A stretch of 64,000 bases of DNA from Octopus vulgaris (Eukaryota): assembly GCA_951406725.2 (NCBI GenBank), contig OX597823.1, positions 47,740,001-47,804,000 on the forward strand. Reading direction: 5' to 3'. A program made the position numbers and the translations under genes. How positions within the stretch are numbered: the first letter of the stretch is position 1; every line of letters starts with the position of its first letter. This document shows, piece after piece, positions 24,280 through 37,468 of the stretch. The notes below the pieces were generated by a model. It did not search any database, had not been told where the DNA came from, and worked only from the letters and a program-made list of their open reading frames with translations.

Positions 24280-24685
24280 TTATTCTTTTGCTTGTTTTCA
24301 GTCATTTGACTGTGGCTATGCTGGAACACCATCTTGGATGGTTTTAGTTGAACAAATTGAACCTAGGCCTTATTTTTTTAAAGCCTAGTACTGATTCTAT
24401 TGGTCCCTTTTGCTGAACTGCTACGTTATGGGGGCATAAACAAACCCGCATCAGTTGTCAAGTGGTGATGAGAGGACAAACACAGACACAAAGGCACACA
24501 CACACACATAAATATATACATATATATACATAACAAGCTTCTTTCAGTTTCCATCTACCAAATCCACTCACAAGGCTTTGGTTAGCCCAAGGCTAAAGTG
24601 TCTTCTATTATTGTCAAGCATGGGACAAAATCCACACCATGTGGTTGAGAAGCAAGTTTCTTACTACACAGCCATGCCTACACCT
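24280..24685 (-). mobile_element. SINE family B
   Basis: Full reverse-complement copy (cagtcatttgactg...tttcagtttccatctaccaaatccactcac...cacagccatgcctacacc). Confidence 0.88.
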
Positions 24686-25111
24686 ATTCATTTTTGTTGC
24701 TTTGAGGTGATTTTTACTATGATTTTTACAACAAGGTGATTTTTACTAGGCAGGATTTCTCTCTTGCATCATTAACCTCATGTCCTTTGTTTAAGCACCT
24801 TTGACTGGACACAGTTCTGTATGGTCTTTGACCTTCAAGGGTCATTTGAACTTGCAAATCCATTTAGACACCACTGACTATAGGCCTTGCTTTGTTCACT
24901 CACCAACATGTGATACATAAATGATTATTAGCCATGAATTTACATTGTTTTCAGTGTCTTTTGTCATCATCATTCTTGTATTTCTTTGACCCATGTCCTG
25001 GGGCAGTTGATGGTATGTCTGTCAACTTCAGCCTGTGTTTTGGCTAAATCTTCAGTTTTCAAAAAACAGCATTTAGTGCTATAACTTTTGCTTTTTTTCA
25101 ATCAAAAAAAT

Positions 25112-25285
25112 TTACCCACTACACTCACGGAGTGGTTGGTGTTAGGAAGGGCATCCAGCTGTAGAAACACTGCCAGATCAGACTGGAGCCTGGTGCAGCC
25201 TCCTGGCTTCCCAGACCCCAGTCAAACCGTCCAACCCATTCTAGCATGGAAAACGGACGTTAAACGATGATGATGATGATGATTA
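25112..25285 (+). mobile_element. Family C retroposon 3' part
   Basis: cccactacactcacggagtggttgg...ggacgttaaac(gat)n. Confidence 0.9.
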
Positions 25286-25612
25286 TGATGATGATGATAA
25301 TGATGGAGATGATATCCTCTTGTATTTACTTGGCATGAAGGGAGATCTAGTCCATTTCTGACTCTTTACAAGTATAGTTTCTGTATTGTTTTGTGTTCCT
25401 GCAGGATGATAAAGTCATATAATGTCTATGGGGAAACAATGCAACCACAAATCATAGGAAGTCATGACTGCACTGATTACTTTCCCATATTGTTCAATGA
25501 AGGAGAAACTAAACAAGAAGTGGATATCATCATCGATGTTCCTGATGGTGATTCTTGTATTTCCTCTTTCACAAATACTGCAGAACTGGCTTTTGAATTG
25601 TTATATCATATA

Positions 25613-25879
25613 TTAGGTCATCCCATAAGTTCTGTCCGAATTTTGAATAAAGAAAACAAGTGTTCAAATCCAAATATTCTTTGGATACTTCCATGTTAGA
25701 AAGGGTTTTAATCAAAGAAATTTTAATTCTATTATTCTGTAAAATAATATTTAATTAGTTTAAATGTACACAAATGCATAAAAATAAGTTTTAATTCCAT
25801 TAGACATTCTAAAATACTATTAAATTTCATTCAGTTTTAAAAAAAGGTAAAATCGGACAGAACTTATGGGATGACCTGA
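25613..25879. mobile_element. mariner-type MITE
   Basis: 27-bp TIRs ttaggtcatcccataagttctgtccga / tcggacagaacttatgggatgacctga with one mismatch and TA flanks. Confidence 0.9.
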
Positions 25880-26302
25880 TATAATTTTGGCTTGCACTTT
25901 CATGGAATCTAATAACAAGCAAATCACATACAAAATCTCCCCCTAAATAGGGCATCAGTCTATGAAAAGGTTAACCCCAGCTGTTGGCTGGCATTCATTT
26001 GTAGGTGTGTGGATTAGGGCAATGTGAAATCAAATGCTTTGCTTAAGGATGCAATTCATAGCTTGGTCTTGTAATGAAATGCACTTCCTTACAAATGCAA
26101 GCCTCACACCCTAACAATTAAGTTTAATTAACAATATGAAACAGATTGATATAATGAGATAGTACAATCTAACTATACAACCTTGACTATTAATATAACA
26201 GAATCATTGGTAACACATGATTTAGACTATTCCACAGCCACATAGAGGGAATTCCATATTGTGATGTTTCTATTTCACTTTGCTATGTCAGTGTGAAGTT
26301 GA

Positions 26303-26490
26303 TTAAGTCATTTCCATTTGTTCCATGCTGATTTGAAGCCCTTTAACGAATTTTCTGCTTGTTCCATCTTCATATCTGTTATTGGCAGAATGTGCACAAA
26401 TTATATTTAATCTTGAAAACCAAAGCTTTCTTTGTATTAAACCAATTCTCTTGAGAAAGAAAGTAGACTGACCATAATTTAGAAACAACA
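26303..26490 (-). mobile_element. Possible LINE apurinic endonuclease remnant
   Basis: LNIICAHSANNRYEDGTSRKFVKGLQ weakly resembles I.IIQ.YAPT.......E.FY..LQ. Confidence 0.35.
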
Positions 26491-28498
26491 CCGTTATATT
26501 AATGGCCGGAGTTCTATAGTTGAATTCCATTACTACAGTATATTAGTCTATTTCTTATAGTTAATTAAATGTAATTGTTCATGTATTGGGTCTTTGAGCA
26601 TCTGATTATGGGACCAAGCAATGTGCTGTATCCTCGAGCAAGTCACTTGATTTCCCATTGCTCTAATCCACTCATTTAAAAAAAATGAATGCCAGTAGCT
26701 AAGGTTAACCTTGTCATGGACTGATGTCCTATTTAGGAGGCGCTTTCATATGTGATTTGCTCATTATTAGATTCCATGAAAATGCAAGCCAAAATTATAC
26801 ATGGCACACCTGTTCAAAATCCAGTATACACTTTATTGTATTTTGTTATGCACTTGATTCTTTGGTTTGTGGTAAAATTGTCTTGCATGAAACTAGCTCA
26901 TGATGGGGGCAGCTACTTTAGGAAACAGTTACCCTTAAAAATAAATCTTTATCCTTATGATTACATCTACATTTGTAAGCACATCTACTTTTGTAAGTAT
27001 ATCTACCTCGGGAATGCAACTATACTTAAGAGTACATCAACTCACTTTTGCAAGTACATCTGTTCTTGTGAATGAATTTCCCCTTGACAGAACACTTACA
27101 TTTGAAAGTATATTTAACTTTGTAAGCACAGATACCATTGTAGGCATCACTGCCTTTCTTCATATGTATACCATTCCCAATACTTTTATTCTCTAAATTC
27201 CAAGTCAATAGACCTGCAAGCACAAGTAGTTTTATTTAGTTCCATGATACTTTTATTGTCTTTCTTCAACATTGCCAGGAGCTTTCAGCATGCTTCCATT
27301 ATAATCTTTGTATCTTACCATTACTTTGTGGCACTAACAGGTAACATTAAAGGTGAAGTTCACTGAAAAGGTGAGGATAAGCACAGTTTTAACAGTGAAG
27401 AAGTGTTAATATATGATAACAGGTATAAACAACAAAGAGGAAGTGTCAACTGTTGTGAGGTGGTTTATCACAGATAAAAGATGGTGTTAACAGATGAGAA
27501 GTAATTAACTGGTGTGATCTGATATTTACAGATGGGATGTGAACAAGCAAGAGATATTGTTAACTGGTAGGGGGTAACCCTGGCAAGAGGAGTGATGTGC
27601 TGTTAACTGTTAATATGTAGCAATAAAATGTAGGAAGTAATGTTAACAAGTGTGAAGGGATAGTATGTGCCAATAACAGGTAGGAGATTGTATTAAAAAG
27701 AGCAAGTAGGTGCTATATGGCAATAACTGGTATGAGGTAGTGTTAGCAAGTGTGAGGTTGTGGTATATGGCAATAAAAAGCGGGAGATTGTAATAACAAG
27801 AGTAAGGACATGGTATGTGGCAATAAAAGGCAGAGATTTTATAAATAACAGTGAGGTGAGAGTGTAATATGGCAATAACAGGTACTTTGTATTAACGAGA
27901 GTAGTGGGGAGTTAGCAGAGAGCAAACGATGTTTATTGATCACAGTTAGTTTCAGCAGGTAGGAAATGGTGTTAACAAGAGGAAATTGATGTTAACACAA
28001 AGAAGTTGTTAACAGGTGGAAAATGGTGTTGAAAGCGGGAAAGTGTTGTTTACAAATAAGATGTGTTTCTAACAAATAAATAAATAAAAAAAAGAAATGA
28101 ATTTGTTTACGTCACCCCTCACCTCTTTAGTATATGACATGTTCTTAACATGAAGAATGCTTGTCTTAACTATTAGGACATCACACAGCAGAAAGGATTA
28201 GGAAGAAATTTCTAGATGACAAAATAGATGTGAAGAAACTTCTTTAGATTACCAAGAATAAAAACTGAAGTCCTTCCTCCACTAAAATACACAATAAAAG
28301 CCATATATACCCTCTTTGGTGTAATCTAGATATTTAATCTCATTTCTATACAATTTTCTGAAAAGTATAAATTTTTGGCATTAAAATGAAAGCCTTTCTA
28401 GTTAATTGGATTGAGTTTGAATTAGTTTGTTCTTGTTCAAAATTACTCAGTTTCTCTCTTGCTCTCTCACTCTCTCTCTCTCTCTCTCTTTCTCTCTC

Positions 28499-28546
<48 letters not shown>

Positions 28547-30065
28547 CCTAACACACATGCACACACATACACATAGACAGGTACACACTCAGGCACAGCT
28601 TGCCTTCTTATCAGAAATTTTAAGTTTTATATTCACAGAATAAGATATAAGAGCAGCACAGTCTATAGGTATTGTTTTTTGCGTTTTCTTTATACATTTA
28701 TGAGTGTTTATGCATGTATATATGTAGGTGTGCTTATATTTAGTTATGTGTAATATATATGTATTGATATTTACATCTATGAAGATTTTGTGCTGTTTAT
28801 GTGTGTGCATATATGCATATATGTGTGTATGGGTGTGTGTATGAATGTGTGATAATTTATTTGTATCATATTTATACACACAAAAAAAATATTTGTATTA
28901 GGTTGCCAAGAGGAAAGGAAATATCTAAGGTTTCTAGCAGATATCATCATAGAAGAATAAATTTATGTATTTGGATAGTTGTGTGTGTGTGTGTGCGTGC
29001 GCATGCGCACGTGCACGTGCATGTGTGTGTGTGTGCATGTGCACACATGCATGTGTGTGTACACGTCTTTACCATTTCTATTTAGTTAATTTCATTCATG
29101 AAGCTTTGGTTAACCCAAGGCTAGTTTAGAAAATATTTGCCTGAAGTGCCTTGTGGGAGGATTGAACCTGGATATTGGTGGCTGTGGAACAAATTTCTAG
29201 ACTTTGATACCATGCTTTTAAATATTTTTCAAAGCACAATAAAAGCTGGCTAACCACTGACCAAAATATGAATATCTTGATTTTTGGTGCTGGAACATTT
29301 CCTGATGTTTATGTTCAGATACTGGCAGGTGTGGCTGGGTGGTAAGAAGCTTGCTTCTGAACCACATGGTTCTGGGTTCAGTCTCACTGCATGGCGTCTT
29401 GGGCAAGTATCTTCTACTATAACCCCGGACCAACCAAAGATTTGTCCATTGTATATGTATAATATGTATATTGTATATGTATAATTTCATTTCATATGTT
29501 ATGTTCGTTTGATAGCCGAAAGACCCTTTCTGTTGTTTATTTATTTGTTTTCATATGTGAACATTTGTTTGCCTTGCCCAGTAGCTTTATGCTTTTAGCT
29601 TAAGTCCTTGGCCCTGCCAGTTTCGAGTAGTATCAGAGATAAGTGGGTGAAACTATGTGGACATTCCGAACTCTGACTGAAGAGGCAATTGACTGTGAAT
29701 GATCCGTGTATCTTGTTTTGTCCTGTTTGCAGTTGTCATGCTATCATTCTTTTTTTTTCTGCATGTTGTATTTTGATGGGTTCCGTTCTTTGTGTTTTTC
29801 TGTTCTACCTTTGATATATATATTACATATTTAAATACAAACAAATGACTACAAAATGATGAGCTAACCTTAGCCAGAATCGAACCCACAAATCAACACT
29901 AACATGACTCCTAGCACATTTGATTGGGCCAAGTGCTCAGCCAACAAATTCAGTCAAATTTAATGAATATATACTTAAACTGTCTAATACTACATATAAT
30001 ATTTGTAAACAAACCAAAAAGGTTCTCTAAGTTATAGAGAGAAAGCTACTATGGAAAATTCATAG

Positions 30066-30102
<37 letters not shown>

Positions 30103-30104
<2 letters not shown>

Positions 30105-30535
30105 GAGGGGTATTCATTAAAGTTTCCCTTGACCCTGTTCCCAAGGACAAGGATAAACAAAACTTGATATAATTATTAGTCCTTCTCTACATAACCACCA
30201 CCAATGGTGACACACTTCTCTCATTGCTTAAAGCAGCTGTGAAGACCTCATCTGTAGAAGTTAGTAGGTTGTGTCTGGAGTCAGGACTTTACTGCAGAAA
30301 TAAGTTCATAGTTTACCTCGGACAAAAACTTCATGGCTGAAAAGAGGTGGAAGTCAGATGACGTGAGATCAGGACAGTAAGGGGGATGAGAAAGGATTTC
30401 ATAGCCACAGGAATGTGCTTTTATATGGACAACATGTGCATTGTGAACTGGGATGTTGTCTAGGAGGAGGTGGACTCCTTTGGTCAGTATGCCATGCCTC
30501 TTTACTTTGATGGTGTCCTGCAATTTCTGCAGTGG
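30103..30535 (-). mobile_element. mariner 3' remnant
   Basis: LLLDNIPVH...HPPYCPDLTSSDFHLF. TIR-like cgaggggtattcattaaagttt at ~30104. Confidence 0.85.
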
Positions 30536-30744
30536 CAGTATTTTATGTGCCACTGCATGAGTGTATTTATGCAGCACCAGCCCAAGTGTAGTTTACATGG
30601 CACTAGCATGATGTATATCTGAGTGTGTGTTTGTGCGTTGGGATGTCTTTATTTCTGTGCTTGTACCCCACCACTACTTGGCAATGGGTGTTGCTGTATT
30701 TACATACCTGGCAGAATAAGTACCAGGGTAGAATAAGTATAATA

Positions 30745-30975
30745 GGGCAGCAAGCTGGCAGAAACATAAGCATGCCAGGTGAAATGCTTAGTGGTATTTC
30801 GTCTGCCGTTACATTCTGAGTTCAAATTACACCGAGGTCAACTTTGCCTTTCATCCTTTCAGGGTCAATAAATTAAGTACCAGTTATGCAATGGGGTCGA
30901 TGTAATCGACTTAGTCCCTTTGTCTGTCCTTGTTTGTCCCCTCAATGGTTAGCCCCTTGAGGGCAATAAAGAAAT
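30745..30975 (+). mobile_element. SINE family A inserted in a SINE B 3' part
   Basis: gctggcagaaac...gagttcaaatt...gcctttcatcctttcagggtcaataaattaagtaccag, flanked on both sides by agaataagta. Confidence 0.85.
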
Positions 30976-32089
30976 AAGAATAAGTACCAGGATTAAAAAA
31001 AAAAAAACAAGTTCTGAGATTCAATTAAAAGTTCTTCAAGGCAATGCCCCACCTCATAACCACAGGTTTAAGGACTGAAACAAGTAAAAAGACAAGAAAT
31101 AAAAAAAGATAAATAAAGCTTATATATCCTAACAACTTTTGTATTAAACATTTTGTTAAATATCTTTTGCATGAAGAAGATGATTGTAACTATCTGTCTT
31201 ATATTATTTCTATGTGTTTTCTTCTATTAATTTGATTTATGTTTTTGGTTTCATTTGCTGTTGTTTCTCATTGAAATTGAAACTAAATCATTGAAACACA
31301 TGAAGCTTTGCAATATTGGAAATATTTCTTTAATTAGAAATCTATAGTTTCAGTTAATTTCATTTCCACGTCTTTTGGTTTGTTTTATAGTTTTCTGCTT
31401 TTATTAGTTTTTTAATAATTTATACTCTTTTAATTCTTTTATTTTTTTAATATTAATTTTTCAGTTATTTAATAATTATTTTTTTCTTTCTATTTTTTAT
31501 TATAGATATTTTTCTCCCTATTCTATATTTATTATTTTTATTCATTTCATATTTATCCTGCTTTTTTTTTTTCATATATTTGTCTGCATGTTTTATATCT
31601 GCATTTTTTTTAATTTCTAATTTTTTTTATTAATTTTTTTCTTGCATTAGATTTAATTTTTTTCTTGTTAATGTAAATTGTAGTGTTTTTCTTTTGTTTG
31701 TTTGGAATAATAGAATTAAGTCATTCAGCGATGAAGTTGGAGCAGAATATGTTGTCAGTGGAGGCTAATTTCAGCAAACAGAATTATATACCTTCTTCCA
31801 GAATACAACAGTGGTTATAATAAGGTTTCAAAGCAATGCCATGTGGGTCACTGGTTCCAGTACCTTAATTTAACTTTGCCAATATTTTGAAATCCAAACA
31901 AAATGCAGAAGACTAAAAACAAAAATAAACATAAGATGGTTGGGTGGTAAGAAGTTTGATTCCCAACAACATGGTTCCAGGATCAGTCCCACTGTGTGGT
32001 GCCTTGGGCAAATATCTTCATACTATAGCGTTGGCCTGACCAAAGCCTTGTGAGTGGATCTGGTAGATGAAAACTGAAAAGAGCTTGTC

Positions 32090-32127
<38 letters not shown>

Positions 32128-32235
32128 TGTATGTATGTATGTATGCATGCATGCATGTATATGTATGTATGTATATCAATCTATCTATCTAAAATGCAAT
32201 TTAATAGCACTGCTAACACAGTAAGACACAGGATA

Positions 32236-32606
32236 TCTCTCTATATATAAACGGCAGTTTGTCTGTGTGTGTTTCTGTGTGTCTGTTAGGTTGTACCCTC
32301 ACCCTGACCACGGCTTTCAACCGATTCTGATGAAACTTGACACACACATAGCCCAATGTCATAATTCAAAACTAACGCAGAGAAAATTTTGAAAAGTTCC
32401 CCCAGTTCTGAAAAATCGATAAATTCGACATGGGGTCGAGAATTAGAAACACAAACCACAGACTGTCTAGGGGACGCAACTCGACCTTTTTAACTAAAAA
32501 AAAAAATTTACCATCATTTTTTTCCCATTTTTTGGCTATAACTCTCTAAAAATGCTTTATAGTTATTTCCCTTACAAACCCGAGCAACGCCGGGCGATAC
32601 TGCTAG
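32236..32606 (+). mobile_element. Non-autonomous Helitron
   Basis: 5' a|TCTCTCTATATATAAA, 3' hairpin cccgagcaacgccggg then CTAG|t. Sits between A and T with no target-site duplication. Confidence 0.88.
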
Positions 32607-32774
32607 TAGCCTTATAAATTGTTTAATGTACTTTGTAGCATATTATAGGTGCATGATGAAATATGGTATCCCTACAATTAATATATATATGTATATATAT
32701 ATATATACATATATATACATAAGGAAAATATGACAAGGTAGAAAATGCTAAAATAATTTTAGCATGAAGAATAT

Positions 32775-32814
32775 TTAAGTACCAGTTTCAGTCTTTGCAA
32801 CTTATTCAACTTAG
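32775..32814 (-). ncRNA. Decayed hammerhead-like fold in a Penelope-like terminal remnant (~32720-32870)
   Basis: Minus strand: taag|TTGAATA|a-gtt-gcaaa-gac-t|GAAA|ctgg|TA|ctta. Homologous to 37427-37468. Confidence 0.55.
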
Positions 32815-33054
32815 AGTGAAGTCTGAAAAACAATTAAATTGTGAAAAAATTAAATGAAATGTTTTTTAAGATATTTCCATATTTTTCAAATACAAGGGAC
32901 ATTTTCGTTTTTTTTGTCTGTCTCTCTCTCTTTTTTACTCTTGTGAAGGCTTGGTAATAGGTAGTATGTAGTAGCAGTCCTAAAAGAATATTTGATATGG
33001 GTTCTTGGTTTTGACTATTTAAGCAGCAGTAGTAGCCGAGGAAGGGGATGAAAA

Positions 33055-33650
33055 AGAAGATCTTGTTTCACGCATGGTGTTGCTTGTTTACCAAGGCTAA
33101 GCCATTCCTTATGTTGCTTCATATTGATGTACAGGTACCATTTTTTGTTGCCAGTAATGATTCGGTAAAGAAATCATTGCTTGTGTCCATGAGTTGAGCA
33201 GTGACAAGCAAGCAAACTAGCAGAGATTGTGGCTTGTTGATTTTTGTTGTTGTCACTTAAAGTATGCAGAACCCATGTTCCATACTTCTGAACTTTTCCC
33301 ATCGAGTGAAGATGCTTCTCTATAGCAGTGTGGGAGCATTCTATTTTCTCTGCCAGTTCCCTTGTCATTTGATGAAAATTTTCGTGCAAAAGTTGGTTTA
33401 ATCACTCTTCATTGAACTCAACTGGACAACCAGAACAAGGTGTGTCTTAGAGGTCAAAATTTCCATTTATGAACTTGGCATACCAATCACGAGTGGTTCT
33501 TTCAGCTATGGCACCCACTCCATACACAGCAAAAAGAAAGAGATGTCGAAAATGCTTGGTTTTCTTAACTTGACATTCTATTTTAATGATCTGTTTCTTT
33601 AAACCTCTAGTTTCATTATTACAATTAAAAAGCATTTCAGAATCGTTTAT
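33055..33650 (-). mobile_element. mariner N-terminal half (same family as 9248-10345)
   Basis: Collinear with ~9795-10330. TRELAEKIECSHTAIEKHLHSMGKVQKYGTWVLH. Confidence 0.9.
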
Positions 33651-33777
33651 CTTTAAACCAAAAACAAAAAAAACAAAACCAATGTAATTTCCAGACAGCC
33701 AAATTTAGTACAGATTGATCCAGCGGTTTGGCTGTGCATAGAGGAAACCCACACACACAGGATTTTTTTAATATATA

Positions 33778-34221
33778 ACTCTATGTTCAACAGATGGAAC
33801 GACTCAACATGGCTTTTTAAGAGAAAAGACCTAATTGGCAGCATGGAGTTCTTCTGCTGCACAACAACACCTGCCCTCATATCGCCAATATGACCAAGGA
33901 AGCCATTCAAATGCATGGCTGGAAAGTGCTGCCACACCATCTGTACTCTCCTGATTTGGCACCAAGGATTTCCACCTCTTTCGATCTCTTTCAAATGCTA
34001 TGCATGGAGTTTCGTTCAATGCTGATGCAGAATTGAGAGCATGGTTGGATCAATTTTTTGAGTCGAAATTGAGTGATTTCTACTAACGAGGTATTGAAAA
34101 TCTTGTTGAACATTGGGAAGAAGTTGTAAACAACAAGGGTGAATACATTATTGCTTAATTAGTTGTTATTTTTATTAAACCTTTTAAAAAATTTAAAACG
34201 ATGGGAACTTAGTTGCTAACC

Positions 34222-34224
<3 letters not shown>
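33778..34224 (+). mobile_element. mariner C-terminal half with TIR (same family as 9248-10345)
   Basis: Reverse complement of ~9248-9705. Ends ggaacttagttgctaaccc. Confidence 0.9.
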
Positions 34225-34278
<54 letters not shown>

Positions 34279-34797
34279 ACAATGAGGGTCTTTGCAACAG
34301 GTTGCTAGACCACATACCGAAAGTATTAGAAATAGCAGCCAGATTACTGTTATTTCTTTTACTACAAAAATATGTCCCACAAACAACAGTATTTGTAACT
34401 CACTATGGCAAAAAAACGAAGAAAAACAATGAAATCAAACAATGTCTGGTCAATTATGGACGCATGTTTCTGGATTAAAATCAGAGATTCATTTCCTTTA
34501 TCAACATAATATTCCAATAAATAAATCTGAAAATGCTAGAAAAATCTTACCACCATATTCCAAACAAGCAACATCGGACATATAGAAGCCCACTAGCATA
34601 TCCACATTTATATTGACAAGTGAATTCGTATCTCCCTCCAGAGTTTCTCCCACGTGAGTCACAAATAATACAGTGGGGTGTGGTGATCTTTCTGGCTGGG
34701 GAGGCACTGACCAAAATTTTCTGTCACAAATTGACATGTTCATATTATACAGCAATTTTTAAAATAAAAAAACAATCACAATTAAAAATTAACTATC

Positions 34798-35030
34798 TTA
34801 TTTAAATGTTGATTCAATCCATCTCCCTTTCTTGTTGAAATTGTTGATAACATCATTGTAGGAAGTATTGTTCTTAATGCTTTTTAAAATGGCTCTTTCT
34901 ATGCCAGTTAGAGCTAAACTGCTCAGCCTCTCTTGTCCCTGCAAATTTCTTGTATAATTATGAATTCTCCTTAGATATGAAAAGGAACATTCCACTGTAG
35001 CACTAGTTGCTGGTAGTGTTAATATTAATT
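34798..35030 (-). mobile_element. hAT transposase C-terminal dimerisation domain remnant
   Basis: ATVECSFSYLRRIHNYTRNLQGQERLSSLALTGIE matches ERSFS.L.RIK.YLR..M.QERL..LA.L.IE. Confidence 0.85.
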
Positions 35031-35279
35031 CATGAAGGTATTTCTATAATTCTTAAGAGAAGTATTGCTTCCCTTGCTTCCAAGAACCACACTTCTTTTG
35101 GAAAATATATTGATCACTTCTGGCCTTCAAAAGAATCTATTTGTGGTATGCTTGCTGTATCATATAAAAAGCCTACTTTCTATGTTAGTCTGCTTGTGAT
35201 TCTCCTACGCCTCTTAAGTGTCCTTTAGCTTACATTAATTACAAATATGGAGTTTATACCTATTCCTTTTCTGCTTATG

Positions 35280-35470
35280 AGTTCCTATGGCTAGCCAATC
35301 TTAACCTCATCTGTGTTGCCTGTAGGACTATGATGCATAGAAAAGCACTGAGAACTGAACATTGATGAACTCCTACCTTCATGCTAAATATGTCACTGAA
35401 ATCATTGTTGACTTTCACATTATTTCCTGTATCTTTATACTTTTTTAATACAGCTTTTACATGCCATTCA
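35280..35470 (-). mobile_element. RTE RT fragment
   Basis: VKVNNDFSDIFSMKVGVHQCSVLSAFLCIIVLQA resembles VGVHQGSVLSPLLFIIV.EA. Confidence 0.75.
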
Positions 35471-35499
35471 TATATATATTTGGTTTGCAGGTACAAATT

Positions 35500-36310
35500 T
35501 TTCAAGAAACCAAGAGGAAAAAAGTGGATTTGTTATCCCTGCCTTGTTTTGTGATTTATACTTCACAGGAAGCAAGTTTTTGCTGCGAGTTCTTGAAGCA
35601 ACATGTATTAGCATAATGCCTGATGCAAGCAAATGATAGTCTATGAGTTCTTGTGGTTTTGACACTGGGGAAATTTGTGATGTGGTTCTTGTGTAATTTA
35701 TGTATTGATTCCTACTTTTCCTTAGTGGACACAAGTGTTTTGTCTTGAATTGCATGCAAATACAATTCAGTTTCATCAGCATTGTATATTTGATGAACTT
35801 CATAGTTTTCTTCATGGATGATGGGTTGCAGTTTCTATCTGAATTCTTCTGCAATCTTGTTATCTACAGACTTCTGCTCTCCAAGAGTTCAGAGTTGCCT
35901 AATGCCAGTATGATCTTTGAAACTTTGTAGCCAGATGGATGTCATGCTGTAATTGGACTCATATGGTGTTTCACTGGTGTGGATTCGTTGACAGAGACCT
36001 GCTGCTTTCTCTTGTAACATTGGTCCTGATACAGGTATACTCTTTTCACATTGCTGTGAAAACCACAAAACCATGGCCTGGTTGAGATGTTCATCTTTTA
36101 CTGGCTTTATGGATTTTCATTTTAATGCATGGAAAGTGTCGCTTTGGTTGCTAAATTCTTCAATCACCAGTCTTGCTTTCTTGATGTTGGACACTGCTGC
36201 TTTTTCAATGTTGTATTCTTGTGCAATCTTTGATGCCTTTTACCTACGAACCAGACAGTAAAATTTCCCTTTTCTGTTCAATATTGTTTGTTTTTTCTTC
36301 ACAGACATGG
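35500..36310 (-). mobile_element. pogo/Tigger (CENP-B-type) transposase remnant
   Basis: WFSQQCEKSIPVSGPMLQEKA...WLQSFKDHTGIRQL (CENP-B HTH). A YNADET-like motif lies downstream. Frameshifted. Confidence 0.85.
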
Positions 36311-37296
36311 CAATGGCAATAAGTACGATCACTTGCAAAAGATATGTTGCCAGGAAAAGTGTCGTTGAAGAAATGAAGAAAGCAATACTCTTCTCATAAT
36401 CTTAGTCTTTTAGTATGTCAATCACTTCTACATTAAATCATTCTAACACTGTTTCAAATAACCAAGTGAAATCAAACTAGGCCACTGACTAACATGTGGA
36501 TACTTTTTGATAACTGTAAACTCAAGACAAGACCATGGCATTATAAATGTTGATTGGTAACATCTTTGATGTACCACTTTTTACATGTTCTGTATATTTT
36601 ATCAATATTGAACGCTACTCTTTGAGTCCAATTAGCAGCAGTTGACATACACTCACTTTTAATCATTCTAAATGAAAGAGGCAATGGACAAACCAATGTT
36701 ATTTTTGAGTGCCTAATTTATGCACAGTATGCCTCATTAAATATTCATGGAACCTGCAGATCTTGTTCAGATAAACCAAAATTCACATGATTGATGCTTG
36801 CATAACCAAGGTTTAACTGTAATCTGAAGGCACTATCGCTGTTGTCTTTGCTGTCATCATCATCGTCAACATTTAACGTCTGCTTTCCATGCTGGCATGG
36901 GTTGGACAGCTTGAGAGGAACTTGCAAGGGCATGGGATGCACCAAGTTCCATAGTCTGTTTTAGCTTGGCTTCTACAGCTACCTGTCCTTCTTAATGCCA
37001 ACCATTTTACAGATGTACAGGATGCTTATTATGTGGTGCCAGTACCCACACCAATGCTGATATATATATATATATATATATCTTCTTTCATTCTTTTACT
37101 TGTTACAGTCATTTGACAGCAGCCATGCTGGAGTACTGTCTAAAGGGTTATAGTTGAAGAAATTGACCCTAGGGCTTATTCTTTGTAAGCCTAGTACTTC
37201 TTCTATTAGTTTATTTTGCTGAACTACTAAGTTACAGGGTTGTCAAGTGATGGCAGGGGACAAACACAAACACTCACACATGCACATATGTATATG

Positions 37297-37342
<46 letters not shown>

Positions 37343-37426
37343 AGGTTGAAAAGGAACACACAAATTGATATATATGTATGGAAAAAAGTCAAGGTAGAAA
37401 GTGCTAAAATAATTTTATAAAAAACA

Positions 37427-37468
37427 TTTCAGTACCGGTTTCGGTCATTGAGACTTTTTCAACTGTAA
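37427..37468 (-). ncRNA. Minimal type I hammerhead ribozyme-like fold, U3-A8 core
   Basis: Minus strand: ttacag|TTGAAAA|a-gtc-tcaat-gac-c|GAAA|ccgg|TA|ctgaaa. Confidence 0.7.

Noticed and set aside
25391-25699. 102-aa ORF with ordinary composition
   Set aside because: Its 3' part runs into a MITE TIR and I recognise no domain.
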